Positions 35,708 to 48,910 of a DNA stretch of 63,220 bases are shown here, piece by piece. The notes beneath the pieces are model-generated. The model did not search any database. It worked only from the letters and a program-made list of their open reading frames with translations, and was not told the DNA's origin. The position numbers and the translations under genes are program-made. Origin of the DNA: Chiloscyllium plagiosum (taxonomy: Eukaryota); the NCBI RefSeq assembly GCF_004010195.1, contig NC_057710.1, forward strand, positions 151,211,478-151,274,697, read 5' to 3'. The stretch's first letter is position 1; each line of letters begins with the position of its first letter.

Positions 35708-37639
35708 CTGTGTAATGCAAATACAAACATTCTGCCAATTAGTGCATCATTTTTCAAAAACTTAAAATTCACTTAACTCCTAACAAATCCCATTACATTG
35801 CTACTCTTAGATCAACAAAAACAAACAAGAGGCTAGACACTGAATTTTAATGTTTAAGGTTTTCACTGATAAAACACCAGTGCTGAGTTATTGATTGATG
35901 GTGAGTTTTCCAGACTATCATGTTTATTTAGACAGTGTAATTCTGTTGCATAATCAAAGATTCTGTGATCCCCTTTTCGATGGTGATTCATTCAGTAGTA
36001 ACAAGAAGAAATGCAAACTGTTCAGTTCTTGGAGAGATAGGTCGGTATAACAGCATTAGGCAGATCTTCCAAGAATTTTCTAATACTTCCACAAATTTTC
36101 AAAGCAATTTCTAAATCTTGCCTCTAACTTAAAAGATGCAAAAGTGCCAACAATGGGAGACTTCCTAGAATTCTTGATTTATTTTCTAATACGGTAAGCA
36201 TCCACAAAAATGCTCCAAAAATTCTGAACATGAATAAATTTAGATTTACAAAGGAGTGACTGACAGCTTTGTGAATTGATGGAACCCTGATTCTATCACA
36301 TCTGTCATTTGTTTAACATACCTAACATATCAGGAATCAGCCCTACTGGGATAATATGGGATCCATTCTCATTCCATCAGCAGAAACTAGGAATTGGCCT
36401 CTGTCCAATCAGTACAAGCTAGGGATGAATCACCTCTCAGCAGGACAAGTTGGAATGACTCATTGTGCCACCAAGGCATACTGGAACATAGGGATATAAC
36501 AACAGAGGCAGTCCACGCAGTCCACTATAAGGCCTGTCAACCACACTATTCTGAAATGTAAGGTCATGGTTGGCAGCACTATTCTAAAAGGTTTCACTGC
36601 ATGAAGACTGCTCTGAAGTGAAAATATGTTCTGAGAAAGCACTTTAAATGGGGAAACACTGCGTATGTATCAGTCTTACCAGCCTTCGTTACGGGTGAAT
36701 CTATAGCCAGTTATTTGGTTGTGCATTGGATTGATTTTCCTTTTACTTTTAGGTTGATTCCAGATTACATTATTTTTTATTTTCATTTTCCCTCCTTTCC
36801 TCTCTTCATGATAGAGGATTGGTATACAAATGCTGGAACTTTCCAGTATCTCATGCTTTTAGCCATTCTTCAAGACAGTGATCACTGACACAGTATTCCA
36901 CCACAGAGATCATCACAGTTAATTGCAATCCTGTCCTCCTTCATATCTCTGTCAAGAATCACTTGATAATGGTCAAGAGCATGATCAATCCTCTTCTCTG
37001 TAATCCAGAGGCAGTGAGGTTAAAAAGGTGTCCCAGTTATCTAGCTGTGATCAGCTGGTTGAGGAAACAAAATGAGAACATTTGGACTGCATACCTTAGT
37101 GCAAAGGTTTTCACTCATTTTTGATTAAGAACCACAATTCCAAGCAGTGGCTTGCTTGAAGAGTGTCTTCACTTGAACACATTGTCTTTCTTTGTAAATG
37201 TTCATAAATTAAGCTTTTAAGGAGGAAAAGGTTTAATATAACAGGGCTAACATCTGATAAATAAAATAACTAATTGTGTAGTGCAGAGCTTTCCATGGTA
37301 TTAAGTATATTATCTAGGAAATGATCAGCAAATCAAGAAGGGCAACACTGGCATACAAGTTTGCTGAATTGATTTAGTTAGCTGAATATTTAAAGTTGTC
37401 AAAGGTCTCCGATTCATTATTTTTCCAAAAGTAATCCTTATAATGAGACATGTGGAACTAGAGCATTGCCACAGATTTATTTGGAATAGCCTGTTGCAGT
37501 GCTAATGGTTCTCTGCATTATGAGAGTGTTCAGATGAAACTCCCTCACTATATTCAATGTTTAGAGATCATGGAGTAAGTTAGGTATTGTCAGTTCATAG
37601 TCGGGTGACTTGAGAAAATTGTAACTCAGTCTGATCACT

Positions 37640-37660
37640 NNNNNNNNNNNNNNNNNNNNN
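37640..37660. other. Assembly gap (21 N)
   Basis: Run of n characters. Confidence 0.99.
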
Positions 37661-38004
37661 GAGACAGTTTGCATTTTTGAGACCACAACAGTCTTTGTCT
37701 CTTAGAGTCATATTGGACTCAAGACATTAACTCTGTTCCTCTCTCCATAGATGCTGCCAGACTTTCTTCCAACCATTTGTTTCAGATTTCCAGCATTGGC
37801 AGTATTTTACTTTTTTAATAACATTATTGTTAGACTTGGTAAACCATTATCAAGGTTTGATTTGATTCTGTGTACAATTATCAGAAATGTTATAATTGGG
37901 TTTGAGGAGTTTAGGTAATGAAAACTCCACTGCTGTAAGGGTGATTTACTCTCCTATTTATGTTTTCTAGATATGATATGATCTAGTATTCATTATTAAA
38001 CTAC

Positions 38005-39142
38005 AGACAGAATATCTGCTTTGTGACGTGTATATTTACCCCATTGCCAAATGTAGGCAGCTGTAATACTTTTCTTTGGATCTAAGTGCAATATATACTG
38101 TCCACAGGACTTGAATCTAATGAAATTGAGGATGCTCTGCGATAATATTGATATTGATTTCTAACTGTGCACTTGTGAATTCAGCATCAGTAGTTTTTCA
38201 GATTACGTTTTGTCCTGGAATTGTTTTGAGTTTGAAACACTATGGGCTCAATTTGTTCCCTGCCAGGAAGAAGATCCTGAAGCCCATTTTATAGGGATAA
38301 GGAAAGCAGGCAAGGCATGTGACAAGAGGACAACCTGCTGCTACTCATTGCTAACAGTTAAAATCTTTGTTCTCAACCGGGACATTCCTTGATTCTGTGT
38401 TCCTCGCAGACATTCATGCTTGCAGAATGCAGACTTGGCCAGAGAATTGGGAACCTATCGCCAACCTGCATTCCCCTAATGTACGACTTTTTCTGGAAAA
38501 TGTGGAACTTCTCTTACTAATGAGGTGTTTACAACAGTGAGAGCAAGGAGAAGGGGGAATTATCCAAATTTTCTCGCCTGGAGAAAAGTCTTACTTGCAG
38601 CCAGCCTATATTTTGGATGTTTGCTGCACATCATTTTCTGAGTATAAATTTGTTTTAAAAAATCACACTGTATCTAATGGTCTTATTAGATGAGGCCATC
38701 ATCAGTTACTCGGTCAGAAAGCTATCATAAATTCAATTTACTTCTAAACAATCATCAATCACAACACAAAGATAAATAAATGGAAATGATTGCTTATTCC
38801 TATAATCCTCTCCTGGTCTATTTTGCATTTGTTCTGTTGCTCCTCTTCTTTCTATAAACTTTCATCTTGTTCTCCTGCTTCTTGCTTAATCTGCTAGTTT
38901 TTCAACAGTTTGCAATCCTGATGAATCTTTTCTTCATGGTTTGCAGTCATTGATCTTCTGCATTCCACATATGGACAGAATATCTGCTTTGTGACATGTA
39001 CATTTACCCCATTGCCAAATGTAGGCAGCTGTAATTTCTTAGATCCAAAGAAAAGAAAATACAGCTGCCTACATTTGGCAATGGGGTAAATGTACATGTC
39101 ACAAAGCAGATATTCTGTCTTATGTGAAATGCAGAAGATCAA
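38005..39142. repeat. Triplicated 60-82 bp unit including a long hairpin at 38950-39142
   Basis: 38974-39033 is the exact reverse complement of 39060-39119; 38005-38086 is a near reverse complement of 39038-39120. Confidence 0.92.
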
Positions 39143-39281
39143 CAGACACATTTCAAGCTTCCTTATGTGTTCTCATGAACATTGACAACTTCCACACAAA
39201 AAAAATGCACTATTTAGTTTTAGCAGTTTGGTTGTTATGATCATTTGCTTTTGAGGATCAATTTCACAGCCCGTGTGTATC

Positions 39282-39400
39282 TGATTTGGAGGTGCTGGTG
39301 TTAGACTGGGGTGGACATAGTTAATTATCACACAACACTAGGTTATAGTTCAACAAGTTTATTTGGAGACACTAGCTTTCGAAGCGCTGCTTCTTCATCT
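39282..39400 (-). mobile_element. Family A Penelope-derived fragment, truncated within the hammerhead core
   Basis: tgatttggaggtgctggtgttagactgggg...cacaacactaggttatag...ctagctttcgaagcgctgcttcttcatc. Confidence 0.7.
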
Positions 39401-39689
39401 GTGCAGTGTGCTAATTTATAGTAGAAGCAGGAGTGTGGTATTGATCAAAACAGTAGAACTATATGCCTAATCATTCTTTATTGTTTGAACATTAAAATGC
39501 ATTATCAAGGTTCATTCTCAGTTCATCCACTGTTGTCTAGACCAGAGGAACATTTGATACACTTTATGTGTTTCAGAGTCCAGGATCCCATTTTTGAACG
39601 GATCTGCACGTTAGGGCTTTGGTTCCTGTTGTTACACCTACTGCACTTTCTCTGAGTGATCAAGGAGTTTCACTTCACTTTCCCCTGGA

Positions 39690-41185
39690 GATAGAGTCAT
39701 AGAGATATACAACATGGAAACAGACCCTTCGGTCCAACCCGTCCATGCCGACCAGATATCCCAACCCAATCTAGTCCACCTGCCAGCATCCGGCCCATAT
39801 CCCTCCAAACTCTTCCTAATCATATACCCATCCAAAAACCTCTTAAATGTTGCAATTGTACCAGCCTCCACCACTTCCTCTGGCAGCTCATTCCATACAT
39901 GTACCACTCTCTGTGTGAAAAAGTTGCCCCGTAGGTCTCTTTTATATATTTCCTCTCTTACCGTAAACCTATGCCCTCTAGTTCTGGACTCCCCCACCCA
40001 AGGGAAAAGACTGCCTATTTACAAAATCATGCCCCTCATAATTTTGTAAACCTCTATAAGGTCACCCTCAGCCTCCGACGCTCCAGGGAAAACAGCCCCA
40101 GCCTGTTCAGCCTCTCCCTATAGCTCAAATCCTCTGACCCTGGCAACATCCTTGTAAATTTTTTCTGAACCCTTTCAAGTTTCACAACAACTTTCCCTTA
40201 CATTAAGTGTATAAGTCTGCTAAGATTTGCTTTCCCAAAATGCAGCATGTCGCATTTATCTGAATTAAACTCCATCTGCCACTTCTCAGCCCATTGGCCC
40301 ATCTGGTCAAGATCCTGGTGTAATCTGAGGTAACCCTCTTCGCTGTCGACTACACATCCAATTTTGATGTCATCTGCAAACTTACTAACTGTATTTCTTA
40401 TGCTTGCATCCAAATCATTTATGTAAATGACAAAAAGTAGGGGACCCAGCACCGATCTTTGTGGCAGTCCACTGATCATAGGCCTCCAGTCTGAAAAATA
40501 ACCCTCCACCACCACACTCTGTCTTCTACCTTTGAGCCAGTTCTGTATCCAAATGGCTAGTTCACACTGTATCCATGAGATCTAACCTTGCTAATCAGTC
40601 TCCCATGGGGAACCTTACTGAAGTCCATATAGATCACATCTACCGCTCTGCTCTCATCAATCCTCTTTGTTACTTCCTCAAAACACTCAATCAAGTTTGT
40701 GAGACATGAATTCCCACACACAAAACCATGTTGGCTATCCCTAATCAGTCCTTGCCTTTCTAAATGCATGTACATCCTGTCCCTCAGGATTCCCTCCAGC
40801 AACTTGCCCACCACCGAGGTCAGGCTCACTGGTCTATAATTCCCTGGCTTGTCCTTACCACCCTTCTTAAACAGTGGCACCAGTTAGCCAACCTCCACTC
40901 TTCCAGCACCTCACCTGTGACTATCGATGATACAAATATCTCAGCAAGAGGCCCAGCAATCACTTCTCTAGCTTCCCACAGAGTTCTAGAGTACACCTGA
41001 TCAGGTCCTGGGGATTTATCCACCTTTACCTGTTTCACGAAATCCAGCATTTCCTCCTCTATAATATGGACATTTTGCAAGGTGTCACCATCCAATTCCC
41101 TACAGTCTATATCTTACATATCCTTTTCCACAGCAAATACTGATGCAAAATACTCGTTTAGTATCTCCCCCATTTTCTGCAGCTC
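39690..41185 (-). mobile_element. CR1/HER1 LINE, RT region through 3' end
   Basis: KPGNYRPVSLTS, YMDFSK, GLPQRSVLGPLLFVIYINDL, KFADD and SRTRGH motifs in ORFs 39638-41095. Confidence 0.92.
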
Positions 41186-42371
41186 CTCCTTCTTGTACAG
41201 GTCACTTCTACCCCGAAAGAGATTCCAATCTTAATACAAATTCAATATAACAGCCAGGGCAATGGCTTCACTAAAAAAAGCTGGTTATATTGTTTAGTAC
41301 TGGATGAATAACCAAAAGGAACTTGGCATGGAGGGTATGGAATCTTCAGGGATTACAAGTCCCAGGGTGGAGGGTGAATGGGACATAGAAACACAGACCT
41401 ATGGAGGCATCTTGCCTGGTCCCAGAAGCCCGCCTTGATCCCTCAACATGAACACAGGGTTGGTGGTGCTGTTTCCGGGGGGGGGGGAAACGAGGTTGGA
41501 AAGGAAATGGTTGGGAACCAATAAGCCCCAAGCACCATCCCTCTCGACGCCCTTATCCCGGGTATTGTCTCTTAGGGTCACTGTTTAATTTGCTGGAATC
41601 CATTTTCCTTATACTATTTTGAGAATGGTGTCTTAAAACAAGCATGAGGCTCCTGACTTAGTAAAGCACCCAACCATACCTGTGGAAACCTCAGTCCTTC
41701 CTAATCCAATTTTGCATTTGCTGTTGTGCTTCATTTGGATATTTTGTGACATACTCTGAACATACATACAAACATATAGATTATGATCAGGAGAAGATTA
41801 TTTGGCTCCTAAAGCCTGCTCCATCAATAAGATCATGACTGATTTGATTGTGATCTCAACTCCATATTTCCACCTTGCCCAGTAACATTTGAGCCCCTTG
41901 TTAGTCAAGGTGGACATTTTCCTACTTTATACTTTATCTGTAAAAAATTTGTTAACTACGTAACCTTACTTAACTGCTTAAATACACAATCTATTTACAT
42001 CCTTTTGCAGACTCCTCACGTCCTCTTCACAACCTATTTTCTTATCTATTTTAGTTCATCAAGTAATTTAGTAACCATACACTCAGTCCTTTCATCCAGA
42101 ACATTGATATGAATTGGATATAGGTGAGGCCCAGCAATAATTCCTATGGCCAACCATTGCGCATTTAAGCTTACTCTCTGTTTCCTGTTTGCTAACCAAT
42201 CCTCTACACATACTTATACATTACTCCCTGCACAAAATCTTAGAACTTGAAATGGATGGTATGGAAACAAGTGAAATAAGTAAAGGTCAAAGCATAAAAC
42301 GGGACCCCCAAAGTACCAGAACTAAACCTTTTGTTTAGCCTCAGTGCATGATAAGAAAGCAACTTTGGTTT

Positions 42372-42685
42372 TTAGATTACTTACAGTGTGGAAACAGGCC
42401 CTTTGGCCCAACAAGTCCACACCGACCCTATGAAGAGCAACCCACCCAGACCCATTCCCCTACATTTACCCCTTCACCTAACACTATGGGCAATTTACCA
42501 TGGCCAATTCACCCTACCTGCACATCTTTGGACTGTGGGAGGAAACCGGAGCACCCGGAGGAAACCCACGCAGACACGGGGAGAATGTGCAAACTCCACA
42601 CAGACAGTTGCCCGAGGCGAGAATTGAACCCAGGTCTCTGGCGCTGTGTGGCAGCAGTGCTAACCACTGTGTCACCGTGTCGCCC
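42372..42685 (-). mobile_element. HE1-type SINE, full length
   Basis: Reverse complement of 21006-21322 and 45279-45600. Confidence 0.9.
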
Positions 42686-43299
42686 AACCAGGGAACGAAC
42701 CAGGAAAGAAAGTATACACCCGGAGTTTTAGCAGTTTGTTAAATGCAAAATGCAATTTATTGCCAAAGAAAATCTTCCCTTTCAGCAACAATTTTTAAAG
42801 TAACACAATTGTTTACATGCTCAGGTTAAACAGGTTGCTATCAACTAAGTGCAAACTCATTCATTGCTATGAATTAAGTCTGCCATTCTTCAGCTATTTT
42901 TAAAGTTCATAATCTAGTCAGTGCCTCTCTGATGTGAGGATAAATTCTTCACATTTCCAGAGCATGCAATGCACTTATTCCTTGTGCTATAATTATCTCA
43001 GAAGAGTAGTGTGATGAGACACAGGCCAATGTCAAATTCTCACACCAAGGGCGTGAATGATACCCATTGAAATTATACATTGGGAACATTTTATATGCAG
43101 GAGCTGCAGCAGCAAACTAAAGAACATGCAAACCATTTGAAACAGAAACTCAGCCTTCCACAATCTCACAAATACCCTGGAGCGTATTGGAAAATGGTAT
43201 GTATTAATCCAAACAATTGTATCCGCCAGTGTAGTCTGGTAATCCCTAGGTGCACACTGACAGACTTAATTTTCTTATGATATAACTGGACTGAGCACA

Positions 43300-44740
43300 G
43301 ATGGCAGAGTTGCTTGTTTCTTAGACTATTTTCTAAATGGGGAAAGACTTCAGAAATCTAAACGACAAAGAAACACAGGAGTCCTAGAGCAGAATTCTCT
43401 TCAGGTGACATGCAGGTTTAATTTTGAACCCCGTATCTAAGGAAAGATGTGATGGCATTGGAGACAGTTGAGCAAGATCGTGGGGGTGAAGGGCTTGTCA
43501 AAGAGGAGCTGTTGAGGATTCTAGTTCCATACTCGATGGGGTTTTGAAGGATGAGGGGGGATCTGACTGAAGCTTACAGAATACTGAGAGGCCCAGAGAC
43601 AGTGGATGTGGAGATGATGTTTCCACTAATAGAAGAGAAACTAGGATCTGAGCAAACACCCTCAGAATGAAAGGATGACCCTTTACAACTGAGATATAGA
43701 ATGATATAGAATCCCGACAGTGACCATTTGGCCCGACAAATCTGCATTCCACCATCTGAAGAGCATCCCACCCAGATCCATTCCTCTCCCTTACACCCCC
43801 ACCATGGCCAATGCACCTAATCTAAACATCGTTGGACACTAAGCTGTACAAAACTCTGGGGTATTGCATACAGTTCTGGCCACTGCATTATCGGAAGGAT
43901 GTTGAAGCTTTGGAAAGGGTTCAGAGGAGATTTACTAGGATGTTGCCTGGTATGGAGGGAAGATCTTATGAAGAAAGGGTGAGGGACTTGAGGCTGTTTT
44001 CGTTAGAGAGAAGAACGTTGAGAGGTGACTTAATTGAGACATATAAGATAACCAGAGAGTTAGATAGGGTGGACAGTTAAAGCCTTTTTCCCCGGATGGT
44101 GATGGCTAGCACGAGGGGACATAGCTTTAAATTGAGGGGTGGCAGATATAGGACAGATATCAGAGGTAGCTTCTCTACTCAGAGATTAGTAGGGGCGTAG
44201 AACGGCTTGCCTGCAACAGTAGTAGACTTGCCAACTTTAAGAGCATTTAAATGGTCATTGGATAGACATATGGATGAAAATGGAATAGTGTAGGTTAAAT
44301 GGGTTTCAAATTGGTTTCACAGATTGGCGCAACATTGAGGGTCAAAGGCCTGTAATGTGCTGAAATGTTCTATGTTCTATGGGCAATAAACATGGCCAAT
44401 CCACCTAACTTTGGACTGTGGAAGGAAACCAGAGCACCCAGCAGAAACTCATGCAGACAAGGGGAAACTGTGCAAACTCCACACAGTCACCCAATGGTGG
44501 AATCGAACCTGGGTCCCTGGCGCTGTGAGGCAGCAGTGTTAACCACTGAGCCACCATGCCATCCCATCTGAGATAAGGAGGAATTTCTTCAGCCAGACAG
44601 TGGTTAATCTATGGAACTCATTGCTAGTCATCAAATGTATTTAAGACAGGATTGTGAGGGTTGAGAAACGTATCAGCCATGATCAATTGGTGCAGTAGTC
44701 TCAATGGGCCAATTGGTCTCATTCTGCTCCTTTATCTATA
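43300..44740. mobile_element. Nested insertion: CR1 (+) interrupted by HE1 SINE (-, 43697-44567), itself interrupted by a second CR1 3' end (+, ~43840-44380)
   Basis: ctgagata duplicated at 43689-43696 and 44568-44575; ORF 43832-44080 has CR1 motifs; SINE tail at 43700-43835 and head at 44380-44565. Confidence 0.75.
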
Positions 44741-45278
44741 GTCAATATGCTACACTAGTACAAACCCAACAACACTTATTCACCCCTCCAAGTCACTACC
44801 ATTCAGACTTTTTCTGATTTTCAAAAGGCTTTTCCACATGATTCTAAAATCAGATTCCATTTCAGTTGTGGTGAAAGTAGTTTCTAATTCACAGTACAAT
44901 TTTTTCTAATACCCTTCTCATGTTATTTGCTTTCAAGTTTCAGCAGTGAACCTGGACACCAGCAAATAGAATGAAGCGTTGTAATTCGTACATAGGACAT
45001 GCTATTATGGTAATTGCTTTGAATCCATATTAGTTTTGTTCAAGTTTTTTGATGTGGTAGGTATTGTCCAATATTGGAAGAAATTTCATTGCAAGTACTG
45101 CAGGGATATACTGGAGAATTCTGAAAGTTGTAACAGCTGTTCTTTCAATAATTATTTCTGATTATGGAGAAGAGAATTGTATATATACTAAATTTATACA
45201 CATCTTTGTGTAAGGATTTCTAAAATGCAAGTGGAAATTCAATTTACCTGTTATATTGTCCTAATTGTTGGACCGTCT

Positions 45279-45600
45279 GGGCGGCACGGTGGCACAGTGG
45301 TTAGCACTGCTGCCTCGCAGCGCTGGAGACCCGGGTTCAATTCCCGCCTCAGGCGACTGACTGTGTGGAGTTTGCACACTCTCCCAGTGTCTGCGTGGGT
45401 TTCCTCCGGGTGCTCCGGTTTCCTCCCACAGTCCAAAGATGTGCAGGTCAGGTGAATTGGCCATGTTAAATTGTCCGTAGTGTTAGGTAAGGGGTAAATG
45501 TAGGGGTATGGGTGGGTTGCGCTTCGGCGGGTCGGTGTGGACTTGTTGGGCCGAAGGGCCTGTTTCCACACTGTAAAGTAATCTAATCTAATCTAATCTA
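45279..45600 (+). mobile_element. HE1-type SINE, full length, CpG-rich (young)
   Basis: Intact A/B boxes, core and (taatc)n tail. Confidence 0.92.
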
Positions 45601-48200
45601 AAAAAAATGTAATCTAAGATATTTGTTTCTTCCTCTGTTTTGCATCCAATGTCTTCTTTTCCAGGTCGATGATAAGTTTATTTGTTGATGGGAAGCTTTC
45701 GACAAGTTGTTTGCTTGAACAACTGCTGTTTAGTTACTCTAATTCAACAGTCTAATGAATATTCAGTTACACAGGACACTATCATCCTTTGGATCCTAGT
45801 GTCATTCATCTATTTATGGAGGACAATGTCTCGATTTGTGTTGGTAGCAACAGGGAATTGCTGTCAAGTGCACACCTTCAGAAAATCACTAATACAACAT
45901 CATACAATCGAAAGAAGGTCTATAACAAAGACTACAATATAGAATCTATTGCTATTGTAATTTTAGAGATTTTTAAACCTCATTAAATTTAATCAAGGCT
46001 TTCCAAACCAAGGAAATGTCATTCGAATGGCTAATGGGAAACGACTGGGCAGCTGAACTTCTAAATTTCTCTTTGAAGAGAGTTTGCCATGGACAGGCTG
46101 AACTGGGCTGTAATATTCGATGTTCCGAAATCAGTTTGATGGCACACATTAAAGCCAACTTCAAATATGACGTACACCTTACAGAGTACACCATGTAACT
46201 AGCAGTTTTCTTGAAGGTAACTGGATTAGATCTCTTCCCTTCAGAAGAAATAGCTGGTTTAATTGGTATTTCAAAGCTTGTGGCAACACTATATATTGAA
46301 GCTGTCAGAATTTTAGAGCTAGGGCCAATTTATTATTCCTTCTAATTCTAACCTTTGCAATATTATTTGCCACAAAATTGCCGCTATTATTAATTGTTCA
46401 GCTAATTTTATAAGATTGATGCCAATGTTCCTGTAAAACATTCATAGTACTTCCCAGCATAACCTACAGGTTCAAATAAACAGATTTAGGCATATGTGAC
46501 AAACAACTGGCTGCCAGATCTGACGGGACCAAATTTTATGAAAAGAGCCTCTAAGATCATTCTGGGAAGAAAGACAATCCTCAGTTACCTTTGACCATCA
46601 GCAACTGTTTCTTAAACCTTTCTCCACTGATTTTCTACCTTAAATTTAGCAATATGACAAGAACATGTTTTCATTAAGATAGGGATCATCAATTTAATTG
46701 TTTTCAACAAATGTCCTTTCCAACAAGTATTCATTCTCCTCAGCTCCCATTCTAGCCCAAAACCCTCACCGTACCTGTTGATCTTCTATTGCCTCACATG
46801 CCATCTCTGAGCTTATCTTTTCCATCAGATCCTGTAACCCCTCCTCCATATATTTCTTACCATCTGATTTCCCATCCTAGCCCTGACACTACCTGCCATT
46901 ATAAATGGCTTTCCCTATTTAGCCACTGGGCAACTCCCTTCCAAAAATGCAATAGTCACCCCTTTACCTTTAAAAATACCACCTACTGCCCTTCAACTTT
47001 TTTTTGCCTATTTAAACTCGTTGATGGTCTTGCCTCTCTCTAAATATTTATCCTCAAGTACTACAGCTCCTCCAACTGAGTTCTTCATCTTTCTGTCTGT
47101 AATCGCCTGTGCATATGTCCGAACTTCGCCATCAGACTCCTCGGCTATATACTCTGTATTTCTTTCCCCAAGACCTTTGCCTCAAAAACTCTGGGCCAGA
47201 CTTTTGTCCCAGAACAAACAAGGTGATAATGGGAATTAGGAAACCTGACACCATGAAAGCTTTGACTACAAAAGTTAATTTCATCTAATTTGCTGACTTT
47301 GTATGGCCTTTGCATGCTTTGGGAGGGCCTTGGATCACGATAACTTAGGCAGCACTTCGGAGGTTGGGATTGTCTTTGTGACCCCTATGGAGAATTTGAA
47401 TGTCCTCCTCATTGGCCATTTCCAATTGCAGTTCTGGATTTTGGAAGCCCCAAAACTACTTAGCAATAACACTGCCCACAGGTATCAGTTAAGCTATTGT
47501 GCAAAAGCCTGTGTTGCAGACAAGTAATTTCAGTGGGGTAGTAGGGCATATAGAATCAGAGAATCATACAGTACAGAAGTGGCCCTTCAGCCCACTAAGT
47601 CCACACTGACAAAAACTTTCTAAATATACACTAGTCCACATAGCGGTACATGGCCCATAACCTTGAATGTTACAATGTTTCAAGTGTTCACTCGAGCACG
47701 TTTTAAAGGTTGTGAGGTTTTCCACCTCAACTATCCTGCCAGATAGCACATTTCAAATTCGCATCACCCCTTTGGATGGAAACATTTTTCTTCAAATCTA
47801 CTCCAAATCTCCTAACTTTTACCTTAAAATGACATCACTTTGTTATTGGTCCTTCAACGAAGGGGAAGATCTGCTTCCTATCCATTCTGTTTATGTCCCT
47901 CTTTATCTTATATAACTCAATCAAGTCCTCTTTAATTACTCTGCGCTCTAAGGAAAACAACCCAAACTTATCCAATCTGTCTTCATAGCTAAACTGCTTC
48001 ATCCCAGGCAGCATACTGGTGAATCTCTCTGCACCCCATCCAGTGCAGTCACATTCTTCCTATAATGTAGTGATCAGAACTGCACACAGTACTCCTACTG
48101 TGGCCTAACCAAAGTGCTTACAACTTCAGCATAACCTTCCTGCTTTTATAATCTATCGCACCAACTGAAAGGCAAATGTCCCTTATTCCTCCTTAACTAC

Positions 48201-48663
48201 AGTGGAAACCATTTTTAGGACCCTGACTGGGCTGTCCTCGGAGGGAACCATTTTTTTAGCTGAGTTGTTTTCTAACTGAAGTTGTTTATGAGAATTCTTT
48301 TGCTGACTTTGCTGCTGTCTCTTCTCACCCACTGATACGTTTCTCTCTCTCTCTCTCTCTCTCTATATGGGAGCTCTGTTAGAACCACGCCACTGTTTAT
48401 CAACTACTAATTTCTGCAAACTGTGCTACGTGACCACCTAATGTTAGACTGCCTAATGTTGCTAGACATGCAATGTTCTGTAATTAACGGTCAGTCATTT
48501 GTAATTCTAGATAATCTGTGAAACCCTGTACCTTGGCGGAGAGGTCACGGTCCAGTCATGCTGAGTGGTCACTACTCCCTTCCCATGATATCATGAATAA
48601 ACGTGTCAATTACTCAAGGCCTGCATATGAAATTTAATTAGCGAGAAACAGAAAACTGCTACA
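48201..48663 (+). mobile_element. LTR-like insertion with 5-bp TSD
   Basis: ACTAC at 48196-48200 and 48664-48668; ends ...gctaca; AATAAA ~65 bp from the end; internal (CT)n; splits a CR1 copy. Confidence 0.55.
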
Positions 48664-48796
48664 ACTACCCTATTAACTTGTTCTGCCCCCTTCAGAGATC
48701 TGTGGAAAAGCACCCCAAGATTCCCCTGTTCTTATGCAGTTCCTCGTGTTCTGCCATTCATTGTGTACTCCCTTACTTGTTCATCTTCGAAAGTAC

Positions 48797-48910
48797 TAGG
48801 AGAAAGTGAGGACTGCAGATGCTGAAGTAGGGCTCATGCCCGAAACGTCGATTCTCCTGCTCCTTGGATGCTGCCTGACCTGCTGCGCTTTTCCAGCAAC
48901 ACATTTTCAG
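48797..48910 (+). mobile_element. Family B short element with hammerhead motif (48822-48849) and 15-bp TSD
   Basis: catcttcgaaagtac at 48782-48796 and 48911-48925; CTGAAGTA-GGGC-TCAT-GCCC-GAAACGTC. Confidence 0.85.
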
